NCBI GenBank assembly: GCA_039028615.1
Contig: JBCCHT010000014.1
Coordinates: forward strand, 64,001-128,000
Origin: Myxococcota bacterium
GTDB taxonomy: Bacteria; Myxococcota_A; Polyangia; Nannocystales; Nannocystaceae
Direction: 5' to 3'
DNA length: 64,000 nt
The position numbers were made by a program, and so were the translations under genes. The notes under the pieces are model-generated. The model saw only the letters and a list, made by a program, of their open reading frames with translations, was not told the origin of the DNA and searched no databases. This document shows positions 40,293-48,928 of this stretch, piece by piece (the stretch's first letter is position 1; the number at the start of each line of letters is the position of its first letter).

Positions 40293-41353
40293 TGGTCAGC
40301 GCTGCCAACCTCGCCCTTGCCGCCGCCCTCGCGACCCCAACGGGCCAGCCCCTACCGCTGCGCCCGCGCGCCACCGTGACTCCGGCCCCGGCCCCTGCCC
40401 GGCTGGCGCAGTCCTGGGCGATGAACACCCTCGCCGAGCCCTCGCTGCAGTCTCGTGGCTCCGGGGCGCTGTCGGCCGATGAACAGGCCCGTCGCGACGC
40501 CGTGGCCCAGGCCCTGCTCGACGCCGAAGCGGCCGCCACCGAGCATCCCGAGACGGCCGAGGACGCGCTGCACGACGCCCTCGACCGCTTCTCCGAGGTC
40601 GCGCCGCTGGTCGGCGACGACGCCGACGCCCAAAAGGCCCGCACCTTCGCCCTGCTCGCGCTCGCCCGCACCTACCTCGTGCTCGAGCGCCCCGACGACG
40701 CCGCCGCCGTCATCGACGATGCGCTGCGGGCCGCCAGGGGCCAGGCCGTGCCCGCCAAGCAGTTCGGGCCCCAGCTCGGCGCTCTGCACGATGCGCGGAT
40801 GAAAGCGCTCGGGGGCCAGGCCAAGGCCACGCTCGTGCTCGACTGCACCAGTCCCTGCCGCGCGTGGGTCGACGAGCGCCCCTTCGACCCCGAATCGCCC
40901 GAACTGCTGCCCGGTGCGCACCGCGTCTGGGTCGAGTCCACCACCGCCGGCCAGCCCGTCGTCCGCGAAGACCTCGACCTCGCCGCCGGGCAAGAGGCGA
41001 CCGTGCGCTACGAGGTCGAGCTCCCGCCCGAGCCCGGGTCCGCCACCGCGACCCGTGCCGACGAGCCGCGACGGCTGCTGCCCCGCTGGGCGTCCGTGCT
41101 CGCGCTTTCGCTGGGCACTGGCCTCGCTGGAGCGGGGGGTGCCCTCGTAGCCATCGACCACCGCTGCCCCAGCACCCTGGCCGACCCGCGCAGCACCGAC
41201 TGCCTGAACATCCTGAACACCGACAGCGGCGGCTTCGCCCTCATCGGCTTCGGCAGCGTCACCGCCATCACCGCGGCGGTCATCCTCATCGTCGACGAAA
41301 TTCGCGACCGCCGGGCCGGCCCTTCGGGGTACGCGCACCTGCGGTCGCGGTGA
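40289..41353 (+). CDS. Hypothetical exported/membrane protein (TPR-like, PEGA-like, C-terminal hydrophobic hairpin)
   Basis: Overlaps the rlmN stop; LLPGAHRVWVES; two C-terminal hydrophobic segments. Confidence 0.7.
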   Translation: MMVSAANLALAAALATPTGQPLPLRPRATVTPAPAPARLAQSWAMNTLAEPSLQSRGSGALSADEQARRDAVAQALLDAEAAATEHPETAEDALHDALDRFSEVAPLVGDDADAQKARTFALLALARTYLVLERPDDAAAVIDDALRAARGQAVPAKQFGPQLGALHDARMKALGGQAKATLVLDCTSPCRAWVDERPFDPESPELLPGAHRVWVESTTAGQPVVREDLDLAAGQEATVRYEVELPPEPGSATATRADEPRRLLPRWASVLALSLGTGLAGAGGALVAIDHRCPSTLADPRSTDCLNILNTDSGGFALIGFGSVTAITAAVILIVDEIRDRRAGPSGYAHLRSR

Positions 41354-41355
41354 CA

Positions 41356-41775
41356 ATGCCGACCATGGCGACCCCCGAGTCGATCGAAGCCGAACTCGAC
41401 GCAATCGAACGACGCTGCCAGGCCTGGCGCGAGGCCTGGGCCGAACGAGACCGCACGCCCAGCGCCTCCATCTCCGAGGTCCTGTCCGCCCTCCACCTCG
41501 GCGAGCCGCTCACCGAGCGCCTCAACGTCCGCCTCACCGAAGGCCGCCGCGAAATCGAAAACTCCATCGCCCGTCTCGCCGCCACCACGGCCGGGGCCCT
41601 GGCCAAGCTCGCCCGCGACGGTGACACCCAGGCCATCGAGCGCCGCAGCCACGAGACGTTCCTGCGCATCGGTCAGCACGAAGAGCACTTCGACACCAAG
41701 CTGTCGGAGCTACGACCGCTCGTGCAGCGCTACCTGAGGCTCGCCCGGGCCCTGCAGCGCACGCCCGGCGCGTAG
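41356..41775 (+). CDS. Hypothetical helical protein
   Basis: ATG 2 nt after the upstream stop; host-like codon bias. Confidence 0.65.
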   Translation: MPTMATPESIEAELDAIERRCQAWREAWAERDRTPSASISEVLSALHLGEPLTERLNVRLTEGRREIENSIARLAATTAGALAKLARDGDTQAIERRSHETFLRIGQHEEHFDTKLSELRPLVQRYLRLARALQRTPGA

Positions 41776-41872
41776 GCGTCTCGAGGTCGTCCAAGGCCGC
41801 CCACGTGGCGAGTCCGCGGTCCCGCCGCCCTCCACAACTGCTCAACACGCGGTCCGTAGGGTTGCGATCGAT

Positions 41873-43660
41873 ATGATCCTCCTGCCGGCCGTAGACATAA
41901 AACGAGACCTCCTCCCCGCCGCGCTGCTGCTCGCGACCACCACGGGCACGCTGTCGGCCTGCTCGGACGACGCGAGTACGACGGAGACTCCGCGGGCCTG
42001 CGATGCCGAACCCGAGCTGCGGACTACCCCCGATGGCGTCGAGTTCGTGCGCACTCCCGACACGTGCTTCGACGACCTGCCCGACTGGCCCTATGAACCG
42101 CACTATGTCGAGCTCGACGGCCTGCGGCAGGCCTATGTCGACGAAGGACCCGCGGACGGCCCCGTCGTGCTGCTGCTCCACGGGCAACCCTCCTGGTCCT
42201 ATCTGTATCGAACGATGATTCCCGTGCTCGCGGACGCCGGGTTCCGCGTCATCGCCATGGACCACCTGGGCATGGGCCGCTCCGACAAGCCCACCGACAT
42301 CTCTTCGTACAGCTATGTGGGCCACGCCGATCGCCTGACCTCGTTCATCGAGGCGCTGGATCTGCGGGACATCAACCTGTTCGTGCAGGACTGGGGCAGC
42401 CTCATCGGGCTGCGCGTCGCGGGGCTCCACGCCGATCGCTTCGCTCGCATCGCGGTCGGCAACGGCACCCTGCCCAACATCCCCGACGGAATCACCCCCT
42501 ACCCGCCGGTCGAAGACCCCGACGTGGAGGACGACCTGCCCTCCCCGTTCGTGGGCACGCCGGACCAGCAGCTCCCCTACTACGACGGTTGCGAGCCGCT
42601 GCGGGAGGCGGACCCGAACTTCTTCGGCGACTGGATGACCTACGCCATGAAGGGCTCGTCGTTCCGTCCCTCGGAGGTCCTCGAAGCCTTGACCTGGTTC
42701 CCCGTCCCGCCCGAGCAGGAAGCGGCCTACGACGCGCCCTTCCCCAGCCGCATCTACCTGGCGGGCGCGCGGACCTTCCCCTCGCTCGTCAACGAGCTGC
42801 CCGGGGCCAACGTCGAGGCCTGGGCGGGGCTCACGAGTTTCGAGCGTCCGTTCCTCACGATCTGGGCGGACAACGACGAGGGCAACCTGGGTCGCTGCGA
42901 GACGCAGCAGCAGCTCATCATGTCCGTGCCGGGCGCGGCCGGCCTTCCCCACGCTCGTCTGCCCGAGGCCAGCCACTTCCTGCAGGACGACCAAGGCGTC
43001 GAGATCGCCGAGCGCTTGGTCCCGTTCTTCGGCGACGAGATCGAGCCGATCGCCCCCTTCGGCGCCGGCGATCGGTACTGCGAGATTCTCCTGGTGCACC
43101 TGAACGACGGCGATGTCGAAGCCGAGGTCTGGGGCACACAGAACTTGAACACCTGCCCCGCCGAGACCTGGGAGGCCATCGATCCCGACGCGATTCAGAT
43201 GGAGACCGGCGCCCTGGCGGTGACCATGAACGGCCCGCGAGTGTGGCTCGCACCGATCTCCGAAGCGAGCGGCATGGACATCTCCGATCGCCAGCGCTTT
43301 GGAGACCTCGAGATGCGACGCCTGGCCACGGTCGCCCTCGAACCCTCCGATCTCGAGATGGAGCGGGGCCCCTACATCGAAGCGACCGTCATGCGCACGA
43401 CGACCTACCGCTTCGAAACCGGGACCGAGGTCTATGAGCTGACCGCGCCCGACGGCAGCGTCTACGTCATGCAGTCGATGTCTCAAATCGTCGACCCCGA
43501 TCTGACGGTCGACCAGCTCCCCGACCTGGGTCAGGCCCTGACGCTCCCCGACGGCTGGAGCTACGCGGCACGCACCGTGGAGGAGCCCCTCGAGGTGGCC
43601 TCGGAGGGGGCCGCCACCGTCATCGAGGATGACCTGAACAACGTCTACCAGCGCCGATGA
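41873..43660 (+). CDS. Haloalkane dehalogenase-family hydrolase, probable lipoprotein, with extra C-terminal domain
   Basis: LSAC lipobox; HGQPSWSYLYR, GMGRSDKP, VQDWGSLIG, ASHFLQDD. Confidence 0.88.
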   Translation: MILLPAVDIKRDLLPAALLLATTTGTLSACSDDASTTETPRACDAEPELRTTPDGVEFVRTPDTCFDDLPDWPYEPHYVELDGLRQAYVDEGPADGPVVLLLHGQPSWSYLYRTMIPVLADAGFRVIAMDHLGMGRSDKPTDISSYSYVGHADRLTSFIEALDLRDINLFVQDWGSLIGLRVAGLHADRFARIAVGNGTLPNIPDGITPYPPVEDPDVEDDLPSPFVGTPDQQLPYYDGCEPLREADPNFFGDWMTYAMKGSSFRPSEVLEALTWFPVPPEQEAAYDAPFPSRIYLAGARTFPSLVNELPGANVEAWAGLTSFERPFLTIWADNDEGNLGRCETQQQLIMSVPGAAGLPHARLPEASHFLQDDQGVEIAERLVPFFGDEIEPIAPFGAGDRYCEILLVHLNDGDVEAEVWGTQNLNTCPAETWEAIDPDAIQMETGALAVTMNGPRVWLAPISEASGMDISDRQRFGDLEMRRLATVALEPSDLEMERGPYIEATVMRTTTYRFETGTEVYELTAPDGSVYVMQSMSQIVDPDLTVDQLPDLGQALTLPDGWSYAARTVEEPLEVASEGAATVIEDDLNNVYQRR

Positions 43661-43722
43661 CGACGGGGCGTGAAACAGAGGATGCGAGGCCGAGCGGAAT
43701 CCCTCATCGTTGGAAGGCGAGC

Positions 43723-44406
43723 ATGAGCGAAGAGCCCCACATTCTCATCGTGGAGGACGACCACGGCGTCGTGCAGGGGCTCGTGCGGGGCCTGCAGCAG
43801 GCGGGCTTTCGAACGAGCCTCGCGATGTCGGGAGACGAGGGCCTCGAGCACATCCTGACCGCGCAGTACGACCTCGTGCTGCTCGACCTCATGCTGCCCG
43901 AGCGGACCGGATTCGAGGTGCTCGAAGCCATGCGGACCCGGGTGTCCGTGCCCGTCATCGTGCTCTCCGCCCGCACCGACCTGCCCGCGCGGTTGCGGAG
44001 CTTCGAGACGGGCGCCGTCGACTTCGTCTCCAAGCCCTTCTTCATGGAGGAGCTCGTCGCCCGCATTCACTCGCGCCTCGATCGCGGGCGAAGTCAGGAG
44101 CGCAGGCGGCTCGTGCTGGCCGATACCGTCCTCGATCTCGATGCTCGCGTGGTGCGACGCGACGACGACGATCTGGGCCTGACCGGCTACGAGTTCAACG
44201 TGCTGGCGTTGCTTCGTCAGCGCGCCGGCCGAGCGCAGACGCGGGCCCAGATCGCCGAAGACGCGCTGTCCGAAGACGGCGATTGCGGTGCCCGGACCGT
44301 CGACAGCCACATCTCCCGGATCCGCAAGAAGCTCGGTCCCCAGGCCGCGCAGCGGATCAAGACCGTCTGGGGCATCGGCTATCGGTGCGATCCGGAGGGC
44401 GCGTGA
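43723..44406 (+). CDS. OmpR-family response regulator
   Basis: ILIVEDD, LLDLMLP, KPF, RTVDSHISRIRKKL, TVWGIGY. Confidence 0.95.
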   Translation: MSEEPHILIVEDDHGVVQGLVRGLQQAGFRTSLAMSGDEGLEHILTAQYDLVLLDLMLPERTGFEVLEAMRTRVSVPVIVLSARTDLPARLRSFETGAVDFVSKPFFMEELVARIHSRLDRGRSQERRRLVLADTVLDLDARVVRRDDDDLGLTGYEFNVLALLRQRAGRAQTRAQIAEDALSEDGDCGARTVDSHISRIRKKLGPQAAQRIKTVWGIGYRCDPEGA

Positions 44407-45734
44407 ACCCGCCCTTCCTCCGCCGGCTGCTCATCGGGGCCGCTGCGGTGTGCGCGATGGTGGGCCTGCTGTTCATCGTCACCCTGAACACGGTGCGGCC
44501 GGCCATTCACAGCGCCTCCGTGAAGCACCAGCTCGGCAGTATCGACCACACCACGTGCAACGCAGATCCCGAGTCGTGGGGATGGGCGTCCGGCGACCTT
44601 TCGTTCTTCGCCTACGATCGCGACGGGCGGTCGCTCAACCCCGCTGCCCCCCCGATCGAGCCGCATCTCCTGAGCCAGGCGCTCGCCACAGACGGGGTGG
44701 GAATGGAGACTTCACCGGACCGGATCTCGTTCGTCATGCGGCGCGCATCGGAGGGGCCCTGCGCGGTGCTGCGGGCCACGTCGAGGAATCTGGACGCCAC
44801 CATCTCGTCACGGATCCGCGGCGCGCTCGCGATCGCCATCGTCGTCGCGATGTCGGCCGCCGTGCTCGGCACCTACCTGCTCGTCGTGCGACCGCTGCGG
44901 TCTCGGATCGAGGAGGTCGCCACCGCGGCTCGAAGTGTGGGCAGCGACTCGTTCGAGCCCCGACCGAGGGCCACCGACGCGCTGGGCCACATCGCCGACG
45001 TGCTCGCGCGAAGCCACGAACGGCTCACGGATGCACGCGGCGCGCTCGAGGCTCGAAACCAAGCGCTCGAGCAACACCTCGCGGGCGTGGCCCACGACCT
45101 GCGGACACCGCTGGCCAGCATGCACCTCGCGCTGGAAGCCCTGGCGACCGAATCGCGCGGGGCCGTCCGGGACGACGCTCGACGTGCGCTCGCCGACGCC
45201 GTGTTCCTGTCCTCGATGGTCGAGAACCTCCACCAAGCCGCGCGGCTGCGCCACGAGGTCGACGTCACCTCCGGCCGCGTCGAGCTGTCCGACCTCGTCC
45301 GCCGCGTGGAGAAGCGATTCGCCATCGTCGGTCGCCATGCCGGAGTCGAGGTCGCCGCCAACACCCCCGAGCGAGAGGTCTGGGTCGCCTGTACTCCGGC
45401 CCTGGCCGAGCGCGCCGTCGCGAACCTCGTGCAGAACGCGGTCGAGCACAACGACGAGACGGGACATGTCGCCGTCGCGCTCTCGCTCGAAGACTCGGGG
45501 CGTCGGTTCCGGTTGGTGGTCACGGACGACGGCCCCGGCATGCCGCAGGAGGCCATGGCCGACCTGCACACCGAGTCGTTTCTCCTCGACGAGGCTCGCC
45601 CGCGCGGACCGGGGATGGGCACGCTCATCACCAAGGAGGTCGCGCGTCGAGCCGGATGGTCCGTCCGCTACGCGCCCGTGGACCCGACGGGGCTCGAGGT
45701 CCAGCTCGAAGGACCCGTGCTCGATGGGGAGTGA
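44403..45734 (+). CDS. Membrane sensor histidine kinase
   Basis: Two TMs, HAMP-like linker, AHDLRTPL, NLVQNAVEH, DDGPG, GPGMG; 4-nt overlap with the regulator. Confidence 0.93.
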   Translation: MNPPFLRRLLIGAAAVCAMVGLLFIVTLNTVRPAIHSASVKHQLGSIDHTTCNADPESWGWASGDLSFFAYDRDGRSLNPAAPPIEPHLLSQALATDGVGMETSPDRISFVMRRASEGPCAVLRATSRNLDATISSRIRGALAIAIVVAMSAAVLGTYLLVVRPLRSRIEEVATAARSVGSDSFEPRPRATDALGHIADVLARSHERLTDARGALEARNQALEQHLAGVAHDLRTPLASMHLALEALATESRGAVRDDARRALADAVFLSSMVENLHQAARLRHEVDVTSGRVELSDLVRRVEKRFAIVGRHAGVEVAANTPEREVWVACTPALAERAVANLVQNAVEHNDETGHVAVALSLEDSGRRFRLVVTDDGPGMPQEAMADLHTESFLLDEARPRGPGMGTLITKEVARRAGWSVRYAPVDPTGLEVQLEGPVLDGE

Positions 45735-45769
45735 CCCGGAGGCTCGAGCTCGAGGACACGCCAATAGGG

Positions 45770-45921
<152 letters not shown>

Positions 45922-46044
45922 AAAAGTGAGAACGGACTCTAGCCGAGGCCGGGACTCCGGTCCACCGCCAAAGGTCTGGAGGTCACCGGGTGTTTCGATG
46001 CCGCGGGACCGAGAGATCGCGTTGCACCCGGGTAAACCCGAGGC

Positions 46045-46698
46045 CTACCCGCGCAGCCACGCGAGCAGGCCGCGCATGGCGTGGCCCCGATGGGACTGAG
46101 CGGCCTTCTCTTCGTCGGCGAGCTCGGCCACGGTGCGGCCATCACCGAGCCACGCGTGAGGATCGTAGCCGAATCCGCCCGTGCCCTGGCGTGTGGTCCG
46201 CAGCTGTACGTCCCAGCGGCCGTCGAACGCACACAGGGTCTGCTGGGCCTCGGCGAAGGGCTGGGCGTCCACCCGCACCAACGCGAGCACGCAGCGGTAG
46301 TGCCCCTCGCTGGCGGTCAGGCCGAGCGCCTCCAGCTCGCGAACGAGCCGGGCGTTGTTGGCCTCGTCGTCGCACGGCTCGCCGGCAAATCGAGCGCTGC
46401 GCACTCCCGGGCCACCGCCCAAGGCGTCGACGCACACGCCGGAGTCGTCGGCGAGCACCACGGTATCCCCGGCCTCCCCCTGCCCTCGCAGCCACGCGGC
46501 GATGCCCTCGGCCTTGAGCCGGGCGTTGCCGACGAAGGTGTCCTCGGTCTCCTCGATCTCGGGGGGGTCGCCGAAGTCCCGCTGGCCCACGACCTCGAGG
46601 CCCGAGACGTCGCTCAGCATCTGCCGCAGCTCGCGAACTTTGTGGGCGTTGCCGCTGGCCACGACCAACCGACGGGGGCGCCACGTGGCGTCGATCAT
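46045..46698 (-). CDS. rdgB: RdgB/HAM1 non-canonical purine NTP pyrophosphatase
   Basis: ASGNAHKVRE, ADDSG, PGVRSARF, GFGYDP, SHRG. Confidence 0.95.
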   Translation of the reverse strand: MIDATWRPRRLVVASGNAHKVRELRQMLSDVSGLEVVGQRDFGDPPEIEETEDTFVGNARLKAEGIAAWLRGQGEAGDTVVLADDSGVCVDALGGGPGVRSARFAGEPCDDEANNARLVRELEALGLTASEGHYRCVLALVRVDAQPFAEAQQTLCAFDGRWDVQLRTTRQGTGGFGYDPHAWLGDGRTVAELADEEKAAQSHRGHAMRGLLAWLRG

Positions 46699-47417
46699 CG
46701 CAGGGCCTCCTGCTGCGTGGCGTGGAGCTTGGCGATGCCTTCGTCCGCGAGATCGAGCATGGCGTTGAGCTGGGCGCGCGAGTAGGTCCCGTGCTCCCCC
46801 GTGCCCTGCACCTCGACCAAGCCGCCCCCGGTCATGGCGACGACGTTGAGGTCGACGACGGCGTCGCGGTCCTCGGGATAGTCGAGGTCGAGCACGGCCT
46901 GCGGGGGGCCGCCCTTGCCCTCGAGCAGCCCGACGCTCACTGCAGCCACGGCCGCGCGCACCGGGTCGGCCGGGAGCCGGCCCTGCTCTTGCAGCTTGCT
47001 CAACGCGATTTTCAGGGCGACGTAGGCCCCGGTGATCGAGGCGGTACGCGTGCCCCCGTCGGCCTCGATCACGTCGCAGTCACACATGACCGAGATCGGG
47101 TTGCCCTCGGGGTCGACCAGGGCGCTCAGGTCGACGCTCGCGCGCAGCGACCGGGCGATGAGGCGCTGGATTTCCTGGCCGCGCCCGCCCGAGTCTCGTC
47201 GCCCTCGCGGGGTCGTCGCGCCCGGGAGCATCGCGTACTGGGCCGAGACCCAGCCGCCTTCCTTGAGCCACGAGGGTGCACGCTCTTGCACGCTCGCCGT
47301 GCAAATCACTCGCGTCACCCCGGTCTGCACCAAGGCCGAGCCGAGCGCCCGCGTGATGAAGCCCGGCTCGATCGAGCAGGGTCGGAGCTGATTGGGAGCA
47401 CGACCGTCGTGACGCAT
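46695..47417 (-). CDS. rph: Ribonuclease PH
   Basis: MRHDGR..QLRP, EIQRLIARSLR, ADGGTRTASITG, EVQGTGE. Confidence 0.96.
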   Translation of the reverse strand: MRHDGRAPNQLRPCSIEPGFITRALGSALVQTGVTRVICTASVQERAPSWLKEGGWVSAQYAMLPGATTPRGRRDSGGRGQEIQRLIARSLRASVDLSALVDPEGNPISVMCDCDVIEADGGTRTASITGAYVALKIALSKLQEQGRLPADPVRAAVAAVSVGLLEGKGGPPQAVLDLDYPEDRDAVVDLNVVAMTGGGLVEVQGTGEHGTYSRAQLNAMLDLADEGIAKLHATQQEALR

Positions 47418-47481
47418 CGGCGCGCACCGTAGCAGCCCGGTGGGCGAACGACACCCGCAGGGTGTGCCGCCCCAAACGCGC

Positions 47482-47513
47482 AAACGGGCGCCCCCCAGAA
47501 GGAGACGCCCGTT
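47482..47513 (-). terminator. Probable intrinsic terminator after the small lipoprotein gene
   Basis: Minus strand AACGGGCGTCTCC-ttct-GGGGGGCGCCCGTT then TGCGTTT. Confidence 0.55.
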
Positions 47514-47543
47514 CGCAAGGATCGGCGAAAGCCGAAAAGAAGA

Positions 47544-47711
47544 TTACTTCTTCTCGTCCTTCTTCTCGTCCTTCTTCTCGTCTTTCTTCTCGTCCTTCTT
47601 GGCGTCCTTCTTGTCCTCTTTCTTGGCCTCTTCCTTCTTGTCGCAAGCGGGGGCCGCGAAGGAGAAGCCCACGGTGAGGGCAGCGACGAGGGCAACTTTG
47701 CTGAACTTCAT
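47544..47711 (-). CDS. 55-aa lipoprotein made of KKDE-type repeats
   Basis: MKFSKVALVAALTVGFSFAAPAC then DKKEEAKKEDKKDAKK(DEKK)x4; GGAG upstream. Confidence 0.8.
   Translation of the reverse strand: MKFSKVALVAALTVGFSFAAPACDKKEEAKKEDKKDAKKDEKKDEKKDEKKDEKK
47547..47630. repeat. Seven 12-bp tandem units (CTTCTTCTCGTC and variants)
   Basis: Three perfect and four variant copies. Confidence 0.9.
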
Positions 47712-47902
47712 TGTTGTCTGTCTCCGGTGGTGTTGTCCGGGGGAGCGCCGTCCCCCTGTCCGAGTATCGGAGTGCCGACAGGCGTTTGAATCCTGGGCGG
47801 CGCTCACATGGACCGAGATAACATCTCTCGAGCCGCTCGATTCCCAAAAATCCTCGGATTCGATGTTTTTGCGCGACGGTCGCGAAGCCGCGCCTTTGCC
47901 TC

Positions 47903-47918
47903 AGCAGGCCCCGTTCCA
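47903..47918 (-). promoter_or_regulatory. Putative sigma54 -24/-12 promoter
   Basis: Minus strand TGGAACG-GGGC-CTGCT (GG-N10-GC); AT-rich IHF-like CAA-N4-TTG about 30-45 bp upstream. Confidence 0.5.
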
Positions 47919-48219
47919 GGTTTCAAGAATCGCAATTAGGTACGAATTTTCAATGACTTGAAGCGATTTCAAACGCGTTCATCCACCACTGAATCACGCA
48001 TCGAGACCCTCGACGACGCTGTCCCCCCCGGGCCTTTCGATCTCGTCCGATCGGCGGCGACAACGGCCGCGAGCCGGGGGGCCGTGCACGGTTGACATCG
48101 GACGCAGCAAAAGGCAGCGGCGGAGCCGACCCCCAAAGAACGAAAGGCAAGCGTCCCAAGGATCGGAACACTTGCCTCGTCGCGCACGCGACCGAAGGTC
48201 GCCGCACACGTCGTCGAGT

Positions 48220-48717
48220 TCACTTCGTGAAGCAGCCCGGGTACGCACGCTCGGCCGCTTGCCGGGCCGCATTGCAACCCACGGACAATCCAGCCTTGGC
48301 GTCGGGGTTGGCCTTGATGGCCTCGGACCAGCCCTTGACCGTGGTCTCGAAGCCCTCTTTTTGGGCGGCGCGCTGCTCGGCCGGGACACCGGCCTCGTTC
48401 TCGAAGCAGGCGCGCATGACCTCGATGTACTCGTCGCACTCGGGTACGCCGATCTTGCTGATCGCCCCGGCGTCGGCCTCGGGCTTGGCTTCGGCCTTCG
48501 CGTCGTCCGCCTTGGGCTCGGCCTTCGCGTCGTCCGCGGTCTTGTCGGCGTCGGCCTTGGCGTCCTTCGCCTCGTCCTTGGCGCCCGCCTTGTCGGCGTC
48601 GGCCTTGGCCGGCGCGGCCTCTTTCTTCGCGTCCTTCTTGGCGTCGTCGCAGGCAGGCACGGCGAGCAGGCACAGCGCCGCCGCGGCGCCAATCCATCGG
48701 TGAGCGGAAATCATCAT
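48220..48717 (-). CDS. Lipoprotein with K/A/D-rich linker and Cys-containing helical domain
   Basis: LLAVPAC lipobox; KADAD repeats; IGVPECDEYI...C...C...C. Confidence 0.8.
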   Translation of the reverse strand: MMISAHRWIGAAAALCLLAVPACDDAKKDAKKEAAPAKADADKAGAKDEAKDAKADADKTADDAKAEPKADDAKAEAKPEADAGAISKIGVPECDEYIEVMRACFENEAGVPAEQRAAQKEGFETTVKGWSEAIKANPDAKAGLSVGCNAARQAAERAYPGCFTK

Positions 48718-48928
48718 TGGGGGTCCTTTCGGGGACACGACGCGGCGTGGGGCGAGCGTCGAATCCGTCGATCGCCGACTGTACGTCAGGTCACGCAGGC
48801 CCTCAACGCACGCAGGCTGCGCCCCCCCCTCTGCGGGCTGTTCTAGAGCAGTAGTGGGGCAAATCAGTGAAGAACCTCAATCTCGGCCGACCCCTCCACG
48901 GGCCGAGGGTGCTCGTATCCTGCGGTTC

